Assembly (NCBI RefSeq): GCF_001194135.2 | Contig: NC_068994.1 | Coordinates: forward strand, 36,103,896-36,167,895 | Direction of reading: 5' to 3' | DNA from: Octopus bimaculoides | Lineage: Eukaryota | Length of the DNA stretch: 64,000 bases | In this document: positions 25,990 to 39,842 of the stretch, in pieces | Numbering within the stretch: the stretch's first letter is position 1 | Layout: each line of letters starts with the position of its first letter | Notes under the pieces: model-generated | Seen by the model: the letters and a program-made list of their open reading frames with translations, nothing else | Databases searched by the model: none | What the model was told of the DNA's origin: nothing | Position numbers and translations under genes: made by a program

Positions 25990-26655
25990 CAAACAGTATC
26001 ATGACTGTCTCAATGTAGAAATATATATAGTACAGTGACAGACTTTATGTAGAAACAGATATAGTAGAGTGACAGACTAAATGTAGAAATAGATGTAGAA
26101 TAGTAACAGACTTTTTATAGAAATAAGTATAGTACTGTGATGGACTTAATGTAGAGACAGATATAGTACAGTAGTAGACTTTATGTAAAAACAGATATAG
26201 AACAATGCTGAACTTTATGTAGCAATAGATGTAGTACAGAGATAGACTAAATGTAGAAATAGATATAGTACAGTGACAGACTTTATATAGAAATATACAC
26301 ATAGTACATTACAAACTTTAAGTGGAAGTAGATATAGTACAGTAACAGATGGTGAGCATTCTCTCCTGATGACACTTGAAACCTATCAGCATCCTGTGTG
26401 CAGAGTTTTCAATTAACAGCACTTACATAAGCAAGCTCTTTCTGAGTCTCTGTAGAAATATGTATCATGCAGAGATAAAATAAATGTAGAAATAGATAGA
26501 GTAACAGACTTCATGTAAAAATACAGAACCAGTACAGTGATAGATTAAATGTAGAAATATTGGAAAAGTACAGACAACCTAATGTAGTCATACAGAAATT
26601 GTATATTGACAGAATAAATGTAAAATTGCAGAAATAGGTCTGTGACTAAATGTAA
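25990..26655. repeat. Degenerate 34-bp minisatellite interrupted by a roughly 125-bp insertion
   Basis: Unit tagtacagtgacagactttatgtagaaacagata, about 10 copies to 26350, resuming more diverged from 26480. Confidence 0.85.
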
Positions 26656-27899
26656 TCTCATCAGGTTTAACTTTGCTTTATATCGTTTTAGGTTCAATAA
26701 AACAGATACCAGCATTATACTGAGATTGATTTGATAAACCACTCATTCTTTTCAAAAAAAATTTAACTTAGTGTTAAATGTCAAAAGAAATCAATATAAT
26801 TATTAATGGAAAAGGGAGATAACAATTGACATTTGTTCTTTACTGTGCTGTTCTGTATAAAAATAAAATATAGATATCTTGTAAACAATAGGATCATGTA
26901 TGTGTGTGTGTGTGTGTGTGTGTGTACACAAGTAGGATATTACATATTTTATCAGGTTCTCCAGCTCCTGATGAAGTAAAAAACATTGATCCAAAGATGT
27001 CTAAATCAATACATAAATCTGCTCTAAAAAGTAAGCAAAATGATTATTCTATAATCATTACCCCAAAGCTGAACGTTATTTATACAAAATAAGAATTGAA
27101 TACTAAATGAAATCCTGGGTCTTATACCTATAATCAATGTATGGAATGAAAGTAGGAGATTCTGAAGCCACTTCCCATAAATGGTTTCTTTTCTATCATT
27201 TTTTTTATAAGAAAGATGTTCAGATCTACCAGACAACAACTGAATAAGTTTCTTTTATTTTATTTTCCAGCATCATCACTGTCATTGTCATCATCATCGT
27301 TGTTGTCGTCATTGTCATTGTTATCATCATCATCATTTTAGTGTCCTCTTCCTATAGCTAGAAGCCTTTCCTAACATTAACCCTCATCTGTCTCCAAGCA
27401 ATGTTATACCTCTTCATAGCAGAAAATGTTTACATGGAAGATTGAAAATGAAGGTCTCTGTTTATGTGACCATAACACCCATTTATAAATATAGCATGAT
27501 GAGGAGGCACAAACACACATACACACACACTCATATACTTTATATATATTGCGTGTGTATATGTGTGTGTGATGGTGGGATAATAGTCATTGTCTCAGTT
27601 GGCCAAGCATGAGAGTTCAGCAAGAAAGTCTAATGACAGCTGCTTCTGATAAGACCCCACTACAGGAATGTGTGACTCTCTACCAACATGACTCTTCCAT
27701 GAATAGTAGACAGAGTAGATGTACAGAAATGGATGGATATGTGTGTATGTGTGTGTGTATATATATATATATATGTACACATACAAACAACATACATACA
27801 TACATACATGCACACACACACATCCATCTATCTCCATACATCTACTCTGTCTAATATTCGTAGAAGAGTCATGTGGGTAGATCGATGGATGGATGGATG

Positions 27900-27931
<32 letters not shown>

Positions 27932-28261
27932 TGTACACATATGTATGTATCATCATTATCATCATCATTGTTTTACTGTATACTTTTCCATGCTTGCAAG
28001 GATCAGATGACATTTTGTTGAAGCAGACTGTTTTTCTACCGGGTACACCTCTTGACACTGATCCAAGAAAATTATAGTCTATCAAACAATGGACATTAGA
28101 TATTCTTTTGCAGAGGATGGCAAACAAATGGCACCATTTATATGAATGATGAGACCTTTGCTCACACAGTCAATGTACACATATCAAGACAAAGGGAGTA
28201 TATCAAATACATACATCAAGATTCAGTGATACGCACATGCACACACACACACACACACACT

Positions 28262-28326
<65 letters not shown>

Positions 28327-29266
28327 ACACACACAATATTCTCATAAAACATCTCAAAGCAGTGAATTTGTAAAGTTGTCAGAGTGGTATTTATTCCGAC
28401 TTTCTTTGCTCTGAGTTCAAATCCTGCTAAGGTCAACTTTACCTTTCGTTTTTTTCCAGATTGATAAAAATAGTGCCAATCTTTAATGATGGATTAGCAG
28501 AACTGTTTGAGGGTCAGGCAGAGTGCTTTATGGTATCCATTTCACCTCTTTGCCTTGCATTTTGACAGCAGTTGCCAGCCTAAGTCAGTGGCCTTTCTCC
28601 AGGATAATATCAGTAACATGGAGAGAGTAAACTTGTTTGTATGGGCAACTGCCAGTCTTCCTCAGTCAATCACATATATGCACAGATGAAGAGTCAACCA
28701 TAGATACTGGAGGTCTCTATCCCACCCACTTAAGCATCCAAGTTGTGAAAGGAATTATAAAAGAAAAACCAAAATAGACCATGTCAATGGCACTATTTAT
28801 TAGAAGGTCTCTGTAATTAAAACAAATTTTTTTCTTGTAAATGAATAAAGATGTCTTTTCTAGTATCTGATAACAATAAAAAAAAACTCAAAATATCAGC
28901 TTTTAGTGATGTTGGAGTAAATGGTCATAGGGAATAATGAATTGCTATTATAAGGAGAGAAAAAACAACTGTTATTGTTATAGTGTATTGCTTCTTATCA
29001 TGTATTTGTTCATAAGGCCTTTGCCAGATGCATTTTCATCAATAAAATGGTACTTGTAGCCCTCACTATTTGAAACAAAATAAAGAGGTGATTGATGTTA
29101 ATGTTTTCAGTCATTAGGTATGAATATTTGCTCTTGCCAAATATCACCTGGAAATGGGATTAGTTATTAAATGTTTTTCATTTTGCTTCAGTATTTCCTG
29201 TATAAATCATTAGGTTATCAATAAACAAATTATGAACTATATTGATATTCCATGCTGTCATTTCAG

Positions 29267-29345
29267 GAAAGGATGTAACACCAGAACATGTTTATTTGCC
29301 AGAAATGGCAATATATTTAGTGGAGAGAGAAATGGTTTCATTGGA
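29267..29345 (+). CDS. Candidate exon (KDVTPEHVYLPEMAIYLVEREMVSL)
   Basis: Acceptor gctgtcatttcag|, donor GA|gtattt, 79 nt phase 1 to 2. Confidence 0.4.
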
Positions 29346-29509
29346 GTATTTGTATTGATTTGTTGCAAAGGCATAGGGCCATAAATTTCATGTAAAGAAT
29401 AGCTGATTGCATCAACTCCAGTACTTGACTGATATTTATTATTTTATTGACACTGGAAGGATAAAAGACAAAGCCTCGGTGAAATTTGAATACAGAAATG
29501 AAGGTGTCT

Positions 29510-29680
29510 GCAGAAGAGGAAGACTATAGAAAATGTTGACAAAATTGGTGAGAGGCGATCACAGGATGTTGGTCCTCACAAAGAAAATGAGAAATGACTG
29601 CAACATGTGAAGAAGCACTGTCCTGAAACTGAGCCATCGAATTAATGCCAGCATGGAAAAGCAGATGTAAAAATGATGAT
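29510..29680 (+). mobile_element. RTE LINE extreme 3' end
   Basis: Decayed RGR..K..W....DLR.L.LT-type tail followed by gccagcatggaaaagcagatgtaaaaatgatgatg. Confidence 0.5.
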
Positions 29681-30100
29681 GAATATAAAATGCTGTAATA
29701 ATATGCAATAAGGTATCGTTCAATGTTTTAATTATTTTAAAAATCTACTTCCCTTGGAGTAGTCATATTAAAAGCATTTTAACATGTCAAACACCATATG
29801 TACTACTGGTTGTCCATTGCTTAACTTCACACAACAACCAGTAACAGGCCATGTTGGTTAACATATTCATATCAGTGTTAAATGACATGACAAATCATGA
29901 ATAGAAAGTGTAAATATGACTGAAACCTAAAGCAAAAGGTGGAAAATGTCACCTCATGGGAAACAAGAGGAAAGCTGAAAATCCATCCCACTAAGCTGAC
30001 TGTATTTACCAATTTTTTTTATAGTCAGTTAAAATCCAGAATATTGACATGAAGGCAAACTATAAAATATAAGGTTGACTACCAGGATAACATACTATAG

Positions 30101-30169
30101 CTTCATCAGAGCCTTGAATTTGAACTTAGGAAAGTTACATTTTTCAGAACATACTGGCATTATGAGTGA
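30101..30169 (+). CDS. Candidate exon (FIRALNLNLGKLHFSEHTGIMS)
   Basis: Acceptor catactatag|, strong donor GA|gtaagt (overlapping gtgagt at 30166), 69 nt phase 2 to 2, phase-compatible with 29267-29345. Confidence 0.4.
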   Translation, partial: LHQSLEFELRKVTFFRTYWHYE

Positions 30170-30282
30170 GTAAGTTTATGTTGATGGCTATGGAAAATTC
30201 TGTTCCAAGGTAGGAGAAAGTATGCAAACATACACGTGCTTAAGGTAGAATTAAAAGGGAAATATATGGGTAGAAGCACACA

Positions 30283-30336
<54 letters not shown>

Positions 30337-30410
30337 TATATATACACATACACATGTATACATACACACAATGTACACACATGCCCATACACAAGTGCAC
30401 TCAGAGACAA

Positions 30411-30448
<38 letters not shown>

Positions 30449-30539
30449 CAGAGATAGGGGATTTTCAGAAACAAATGAGTAAAAGAAGAGATAAAAAATA
30501 CTCTTCCTGCCTTGTGTTTTATGCTGTTTCTCAGCTAGA

Positions 30540-30990
30540 TCCCAGCTTGAGCTTCAACTGCAAATGTCTTACTAGGAGTTAGAAAGTTTATTAATAGTAT
30601 GTCAATTTGAAACATTACAGTTTTCTGAGCAAGGAAGAGTTTAAATGGCTGCTATACAAGGACGCTATGAATTGCCCTGGAAGTGAAATGGAAGCAGCAC
30701 ATGGCCAATGTGCATATCCTTGGAAGCTTTCCAAAAGTGACCAACAAGATTAGAGAATAACATGCTTATACTTGATGTTTGCATATGGTATCAGGAAGAA
30801 GAAGAATCAGAACTTGTGCTCTGGGACCCACAGCATTGGACTGGCAGGTGTTAGAGACATCATCTGGCATTTATCAACAACCTCATGCAAGACACAAGAT
30901 TGGATTCTATGTGATGATGGATCAAGATGCTTGGTGAAATGGCTTTGTCTTCAAGGACTGAGTGGGAGTCTAACCAAAGTGAGGAAGTTG
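30540..30990 (+). mobile_element. Degenerate RTE-X-like LINE 3' fragment
   Basis: SLNGCYTRTL*IALEVKWKQHMANVHILGSFPKVTNKIRE* then ELVLWDPQH...AFINNLMQDTRL. Confidence 0.7.
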
Positions 30991-31520
30991 CATTATTATT
31001 TAAAAAGGACTAAAATCCCTCCACCACCAAAATATTGATAATATTCTATGAGTCAGTACATCTACTCATATAACCATAACATAATGTATGCAAACAAGAA
31101 ATTATTTATAAGCTGCATTAATTAAAGGTCAGATTATTATTTTAGCATAAAGCATATTACATATGTACAAGAAATAGCACTGTGTCTTAGTACCCAGTTC
31201 TACAAAAATGACAAATAAATGTCCAAATCCATTTTAAGAACATACAATATTATTGAGTTGGTAAAATGTATGATGAAGCAGATATTAGAATAGACTGAAA
31301 TGTCAGAAAGACAAAAAAATATAGTTCAGTGCTTTAAAATCCAAAAATAATAATGTTTAGTCAAAATTCAGGAAGAAATAAATTCTATATTGATAAAGTG
31401 AAGCTCTTTGTCATGATATTTTGAAAGAAGATAACATTTTAAAATCTATAGTTAATTTTCAATATAATCAAGATTTTAGGATTATTATTATCATCATCAT
31501 CATTATTATTATTATTATTA

Positions 31521-31561
<41 letters not shown>

Positions 31562-32112
31562 GAGGTGGCGAGATGACAGAATCATTAGCCACTAGAAAAA
31601 ATGCTTAGCAGCATTTTGTTTGTTTTTCCGTTCTGTGTTCAAATTCCATCAAGGTCAACTTTGCCTTTCATTCTTTCAAGGTTGATAAAATAAGTACCAG
31701 TTTAGCATTGGGGTTGATGTAATTGAATTACTCACTCCCCAAAACATTGCTGGCCTTGTTCCAAAATTTGAAACCATTATTATTATCATTACAATCATTN
31801 NNNNNNNNNNNNNNNNNNNNNNNNNNNNNNNNNNNNNNNNNNNNNNNNNNNNNNNNNNNNNNNNNNNNNNNNNNNNNNNNNNNNNNNNNNNNNNNNNNNN
31901 NNNNNNNNNNNNNNNNNNNNNNNNNNNNNNNNNNNNNNNNNNNNNNNNNNNNNNNNNNNNNNNNNNNNNNNNNNNNNNNNNNNNNNNNNNNNNNNNNNNN
32001 NNNNNNNNNNNNNNNNNNNNNNNNNNNNNNNNNNNNNNNNNNNNNNNNNNNNNNNNNNNNNNNNNNNNNNNNNNNNNNNNNNNNNNNNNNNNNNNNNNNN
32101 NNNNNNNNNNNN

Positions 32113-32143
<31 letters not shown>

Positions 32144-32161
32144 TATATATATATATATAGA

Positions 32162-32550
32162 CGCAGGAGTCGCTGTGTGGTAAGTAGTTTGCTTATCAAC
32201 CACATGGTTCCAGGTTCAGTCCCACTGCATGGCACCTTGAGCAAGTGTCTTCTACTATAGCCTCAGGCCAACCAAAGCCTTGTGAGTGGATATGGTAGGC
32301 GAAAACTGAAGCATGCCCATTGTATATATATACGTGTGTGTGTATGTTTGTGTATCTGTGTTTGTCCCTTCACCATCACTTGACAACCGATGTTGGTCTG
32401 CTTACGTCCTTGTAACTTAACAGTTCGGCAAAAGAGACTGATAGAAAAAGTACTAGGCTTATAAAGAATGAGTCCTGGGGTTGATTTGTTTGACTAAAGG
32501 CGGTGATCCAGCATGGCCGCAGTCAAATAATTAAAGCAAATAAAAGAATA
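32162..32550 (+). mobile_element. tRNA/CORE-type SINE family 1 with internal (TA)n(TG)n microsatellite
   Basis: gcaggagtcgctgtgtggtaag...gggttcagtcccactg-type head, gtgtcttctactatagcc core, tail gactaaaggcggtgatccagcatggccgcagtcaaat. Copies: + 33925-34345, 37975-38365, 54715-55100, 57945-58092; - 13420-13560, 18240-18405, 42365-42770, 45070-45395, 45600-46035, 50483-50615, 52145-52405, 52690-52850, 55270-55850. Confidence 0.9.
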
Positions 32551-33263
32551 CATGCATACATACATACATACATACATATAGTCTGTTTTTTTAAAGTATG
32601 TTGCCTTTCTATATATAGAAAGAAACAGAAACAAACACACACACACATATATATATATACTTATAGTCTTTTTTCAAGTGTGTTGCATTGTGTTGACAGA
32701 CTTGTACTTAAAATTCCTGCATTTTAAACCAAAACTTGTTAGTTACTATGGTGACAACACTATCTATCTTTGATACACATTGTATTTCACTGTAGTTCTC
32801 TCTCAGCAACTTTTTCTTCTCTCTTTCTTCTTAAAAAACACTGTGACACATATATTGATCCCCCCCCTTCTTTCCTCCTCTAATAGATGTTATGACAGAC
32901 AGATAGACAGAGATCTACTTGTATAAATTATTAAGATTATTATTATCATTATCATGATTATTATTATTAATTTATAAAGAATGACATAACTCTTCATGAA
33001 GAAATAAGTCATAAAAAGAGCATGAAATGATTTGTAATAAATAGTGATTAACTCTGTTTTTATATCTAAAAAGGAATGCAGGAATTCATATTCTGAATTT
33101 CTGCGTTCTTTCCCCTTCTCATTTTGAACCTAAGGGAGACAGACATCCTGTCGAAATATTGTTCAATTCAATAAATAGAGGCAATCTCAATTTATTGCAA
33201 ATTGCATCACATTCTTCTTATTGCTTATTATTATTGCTTCTTCTTCTTCTTCTTCTTCTTCTT

Positions 33264-33310
<47 letters not shown>

Positions 33311-36300
33311 GCAGCAAACTGGCAGAATCATTAACATGTTGGGCAAAATGCTTAGCGGCATTTTGTCTGTCTTCACATTCTGAGTTCAAATCTTGCAAAA
33401 GTTGACTTTGCCTTTCATCCTTTCAGGGTTGATAAATTAAGTACCAGTAAAACACTGGGGTTGAAGTAATTGACTCATCCCCTCCCAATAAAACGACTGC
33501 CCTTGTGGCAAAATTTGAAACCATTATTATTATTATTATTATTATTATCATTATTATTATTATTATTCAATAGGTACTAAAGGTAATTCAATGTCATTTC
33601 AATAGAAGCATGAGAAAAAACAAAACTGAATTTCGAAGAAAAACCATTTACTGAAAAAAAAAAAGTCTTTACTGAAAGTGTAACTTTGGCTGAAATTCAC
33701 AGCCATATCCTAAGACTTTAATTCTTATTCAATGCTACTTAAATAAGTTTTGGTAAAAAGATATATGAAAAGCAAAAATAATGTTCCTAAAATTATTGAA
33801 TGCACTGCCACTATCTATGAGGAATCTTGGACAAACCTAGAATTTAAAATAAAATGAAAAATTGATTTTTTCTTTAATACAAAATAGTATTTTCAAAAAC
33901 TATAATAAAAATTCTCTTGATATTTATGCAGGCATATCCATGGTTGTGTGATTAAGAAGTTCATCCACAACAACATAGTTTTAGCTAAACCACCCACTTC
34001 TCTGCAGACCTTGCCTTCTGCTATGATCCTAAGTTTACTTAGGTTTGCTAATGCCTTGTAGATGAAGTTGGTAGATGGAAACTGTTTAGAAGACCTTTGT
34101 ATGTGTGTGTACGAGTGCGCCTGTGTGTGTGTATACACTGTTGCATTTGTCTTTCACTGGTTGACCAATGATGTTGGTTTGTTTACATCCTCATAACTTA
34201 ATGGGCAAGCAAATAGAGACTGGCATCTGACAGAGTGAGTACCAGACTTAGAATAAGTACTGGGGCCAATTTGATTGAGAAAACCATTCAATGTGGCACT
34301 CCAGTGTGACCTCAGTGCAGTAAATGTAATAAGTAAGAGTAAAATATGCAAAAGAATAAAGAGAACAGTACTCTGATATCAGTCTTGCATAATTAGCAAG
34401 GAGACTGATATCTGTACTCTATAAATTTATCGTTTATGTTGTTATCTTTGTTACAAATATCAAAAACCATCATCATTAAAACATAAAATTGTCAAATAAA
34501 TAGATTAAATCACCCCTACTGGGTTACTAAGTTCAACATGTCTAATATGTTTAGTCAGCTCTTATCACGACAATTTTTAACAAAATGCATGTTCTACCAA
34601 ACTTAATAAGTGCAATAGTTGAACAAATATCTTAATTCTGTGAAATAAATGTGATGCAATTATTTGATATCTCAAATATTTAAAAATAATTGAAACATAA
34701 TTTTGAGAATTCTCCTCATAATTTATCCAATAAATTATTAAACTAAAATATCTCAAATTCTTGTTTCAAGCTTTAAAGGAAAATAATTATCAGTGTCTTT
34801 CGAAAAACTGACATATGCTAATTTATTTATTTAATTTTATGGTGGGTTGGGTCAGAATAAAGCAAATAAACATAGTTTTGTGCTGTCATTACATTTACGA
34901 GAATAGCTGGCCGTTCTCAAGAAAATAATATGTTAGAAAATAAATGGTTCAATTAAAGCAAGGAGTTAATACTATCACTTAGCAATTTTTCTTAGTTACA
35001 AGTTGTTATTAAAGTAGAATAGGCTATTTATTTTCCGTTCATGTGAGCATCATTTAAAAGTGTTTAATTATTTATAGACATTGACTGAACTAAAAAGTTA
35101 GGCCCTGATACTGAAAATATTTTTAGCGATGCACATTAATATTGGCTAAATGGAAAAAATATTTAATTATTGATTAACTCTGACACTTTTGGCTATCTCT
35201 TGTTTTCATCAATACCAGAGACTAGTAATCAACTTTGTCTTCTCTATTTATGTATAGGTATTTGATAGGTTGTTATGAAAGTTCCACCAGACACTAAACA
35301 GCCAAGTTTGCCTAAAGTGGCAAATTCATAAAGGTTGTGCTAAAATAAAGTAAAAATTTCCCTCATGCTGTACAAAAATACACCATGTATAAATTACTTC
35401 ACAGTTCCTTTTATATGACCACTATTCACACATTTTGCTTGAATTGATCATTACAGTGGTCAGACATATACTAGACCATAAATAACTCATTGATCATGAA
35501 CTTAATAGTGATGAATTTGTCAGCTTGGTTGGTAAAAATCCATCTGCTAGACACTTCCTTCTCTTCTGCTTCTCTCTATCCTTCACAAACCTACAAGTCT
35601 TGCACTCTCTTCCCCACTGGATATAAATCTCTCACTTTACAACCTTGATCCATATCTGCTACTCAGGAAACGTTCCCTACACAATCTTCTTTACAACAGA
35701 TATTGAATATATTTGGAATCATTTATGTCCATCACCCATTTCTCCTCCTTGAGCACCAATATCAATGGCTTCCACCTATTCTGGTGGTGACGGTGGTGGC
35801 AGGAGGGAGTATATCACTTCTTAGTTTCTTTAAGGTCGTCTAAATCAGCTACAACTTTCAATAATTTGTAGGTTGCAATGATGATATCCACTCTAGTTTT
35901 TCTTAATCTACTCACATTGACTCAGCTAGAGTAGAAGCTCTAACTTCCACCCCTTTAAATAGCTTGTATTAGTGGTGGTGAACGTGTGCACACCTATCTA
36001 AAATGCGTACTCAAACTTCATATTTTCATAATTTTTTCTCTATCTCTGACTCCACTGAAAGTCTTGTGAACAAAACCAAAATAGTCTCAACTACCATAGA
36101 GATACAGAAAAATCATCTTTGCTATATGATTAATATGAATAGTTTTAACCTATATACAAGATGTAATACCATTCTGAGGAATTTAATAATAACTTCACAA
36201 GGATTAAGAAGTGATATCAAATAGAGTATAAGAATAGACAAATAGACTAAAGTTATTCTAAGAAATTAGATCTAGACACTGAAATAAGAGAATTAGAATA

Positions 36301-39232
36301 GAACCAGCAGCTAAAATTATTTAGGAACTGATGAAATTAATAAAGTTCAAACATGGAAAAATGATGGAGTAAATTTTAATGAGTATTACAAATATTAAAA
36401 GCAAAACTCAGTGGTAGAAATAAGATTATATGTATAAATACACTGGTTATTCTAGTTTTTCAACTACAGCTTCATTGCACATGTATCTTCTTTTATCATG
36501 GGGGCTTGGTTAAAAAAAAAGCAGTGATAAATGAATCATCCCCATGCACTTTGCAAATGGAATAAATGGTAGATTTATTGACGCTAAACTCATGACACAG
36601 CAGTGAAGCTTTGACTGTCATGTATTTTCTAGATCATTTCTACCGTTTCCTGCAGAGAATATACTTGTTTGCAACATTTGTTAGGATCAGGCACCTCCAT
36701 GTTTTTGGGGTTTTTTTTTTTTGCACATTTGTCCAGTCTTGATGAGTACATGTACATAAAACCGTACAAAAAATTTACTGCCTGGCAGAATGATCATGTA
36801 AACACAAGCAATAGCCAGTGCATTCTGGGTAGCTGAGCCTTGTATATGGTTGCTGGATTGCATTTTCGTGGTACAAGCGGAATCTTAGACTGATCACTGA
36901 CCTATATTATCACAGGTCAGTCTGTAATATGTATAACATGGTTCAAACTTGAGAGTTACATCTTATCTCCAATCAGCAATAAATATAACAGTGATAAACA
37001 AGGTGACATGTCTTACACTGCAGTTCAATGAAATGAAGAGTTTAGATGTGGGAGGGGGGGGGGCAAAACAGAAAAACAGGAAACTACAAACAGCATTATG
37101 AATTTACAAAAACTAATATAAATAGAACAAAAAATATACTTACTAAATGCACAGAGAGGAAGGGACCTGAAATAAATAAAGATTTATATTTTATGAAATG
37201 TTCACAATATGTTTAAAAGCCAACCTACAAATAATAATAGAATAACAAAATAATATTAGAATAATAAAAGACAAATACAAACTAATAAAGGAATAATAAA
37301 AAGTATTTATTTCTACATATAAGGAAACAATAAAGTAGAAAATGAGCAAGTATGATGTAGCTGTCTTTTGCAAGAAAGCAGGACTTGGTAGTAGGAACCA
37401 TGTTTTCACTAATTATCTTAGTTGTGAGAAGACCATAGGCACATTTTTGTACCACCAACTCTTGACCCAGTGGAATAATGTTTATGTTATAGCTTGAAGG
37501 AGAGAGGACAACACAAGCACTGGTGTTGGTAATAATTTTTCAGCTGAGTAGACTGGAGCAATATGAAATGAAGAGCCTTGCTCAAAGGCACAACATTCTG
37601 CTAAGTCTAGGAATTAGACCCATGACCTTATGATCTAGAAGTTAATATCCTAACTACTTCACCAACACAGATATAAAAGGTTTCAATACGATTAAATAAC
37701 AGATGAGATGAAACAAAAATAATTTTTTTAAATTCAAAAACAAAATTATTTTTAAATATTAAACAAAAACAATGGAGAAAAATTACATTTTGGTCAGTAT
37801 TCTGCAAGACTAAACTGGAAAGAAAGAATTACTACCATGAGAACGATGGAAAGGTCTACCTAATTAAGGTTGACCTGGGGCTAAACAACAACAGCAAATA
37901 AAAGACAATGCTATACATATCCCAGGAATACAGGACTATATAAGGTAATACAGTGAAAAACTTTCAGATATCAGACATGGTAGTGTTATTAAGAAGCTTG
38001 CTTTGCAACCCCATGGTTTCATGTTCAGTCCCATTGTGCAGTATCTTGGGCAAGTGTCTTCTGCTATTGCCCTGGATTGACTAATGCTGTATGAGTGAAT
38101 TTGGTAGATGGAAACTGTGTAGAAGCTTATCATATGTGTGTGTGTGTGTGTGTACATGTTGTTGTGTCTGTGTTTGTCCCATACCACCACTTGACAGTAG
38201 TTTGCTTGTTTACATCATTGTAACTTAGTGGTTTGGCAAAAGAGAACAATAGAATAAATGCCAGACTTAGAAATAATTACTGGGGTCAGTTTGTTTGACT
38301 GACTGAAACCTTTCTAGATGGTGCCCCAGCATGATTGTAGTCTAACGATTGAAACAAGTAAAAAATAATAGATAACTACTAGAAAAACACATTAGGAAGC
38401 ATAACAACTCAAAATTGAAGAGTAAGAAAATAAACTAAAAAATCAAGAATAGTATAGAAAATATACCAAAGGACCCAATTAGGAAGGAAGACGGATTGAC
38501 CTTCAACAACTTGAAATAGAAGACAACTTTACAAATAGAGAACTTAGAGGAATAAGGTCATGCAACAATGCAGTCAGAAGAAAAAGATTCAATACAATCA
38601 CAAAGTTAATAGAATACTAGGATAGTATTAGAAAGGTTGGTATAACTTAACTAAACACACTATTAAATGTTGCCTGAATTTGTATAACAGAGTGATTAGA
38701 TATTAAAATACGAGATCCAATAAGAAAAAAGTCAAAGATGTCTTGGAAAAAATAAAAAGATTGCGTAGGTTGTGTAGGTCTATAAATGTATTAGAAAGGA
38801 AAACAGAATTTGGAATTGAAAGATCACCGTCATCATTATTATCATTGTTGTTTTTATGTTCATTTTTTTCCATGTTGACATGTGTTGGATGAGACTTGTT
38901 GAGGCAATATTCCACCTTCGCTGACAACACTTGATTGTTTTAAAATAATGTGCTTTGTTCCTTGGTTTCACACACACAATCATTGGGGTTCAGTCCCACT
39001 GCATACCAGCAGGAGCAAGTGTCTTCTCCTATAGCCCCAGGCTGACCAAAGCCTTGTAAGTGGATTTAATAGACAGTATGGAAGGGGGACATTAAATGAC
39101 GATGATGAAACTGAAAGAAACCTATCCAATACACATACGCGCACACACACACATATATTCATATACTAAACTACCTGTGACACGTTGGGTCACCAATAAT
39201 TCAAAGTTCTGGTAAAGTTTGAAATTCCCAGC

Positions 39233-39269
<37 letters not shown>

Positions 39270-39842
39270 TCTGATAATGGTAGGGTTTACTCTCAAAAGT
39301 GTTGGACTATATCCGAGTAAGTAATACTCATAAAAATTTATTTCTATTTTCCTAGTGAAATGATGTATTTTAACTGTGTACCATCTCTGTCACTCACCAT
39401 GTGTAGACATGCTCACCACACTGACAAAGTGTTGGACTATACTCAAGTAAGTAATACTCGTTAAAAGTGTTGGACTATATTTGAATAAGTAATATTCATT
39501 AAAATTTACTTTCCAAACAAAATGATATATTTTAACTGTGTATCATCTCCATCACTCACGCAACGCATGTAAACATGTTGGCCACATTACGATCCAATCA
39601 ACATCAGACCATTTCTCTCCCCAACCACCATGTACAAAAAAAGGAAAAATAAATTAAATAATACCCATATTATTCAGCCCAACTATAACAAACAGGGAGG
39701 ACATATTTTAAACTTGTTACACAAAAGGGGTGAAAAACTACACATGCAAAACCATTTAACACCAGAAATGAATGGACCAGTACCCTACTAATCTGATGAC
39801 CATCAAAATAAAGGGCCAGACATTATTACTCATGTCCCACAA

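Noticed and set aside
35258-35531. Two exon-like frames with single stops
   Set aside because: Short, stop-interrupted and not phase-linked; consistent with chance.
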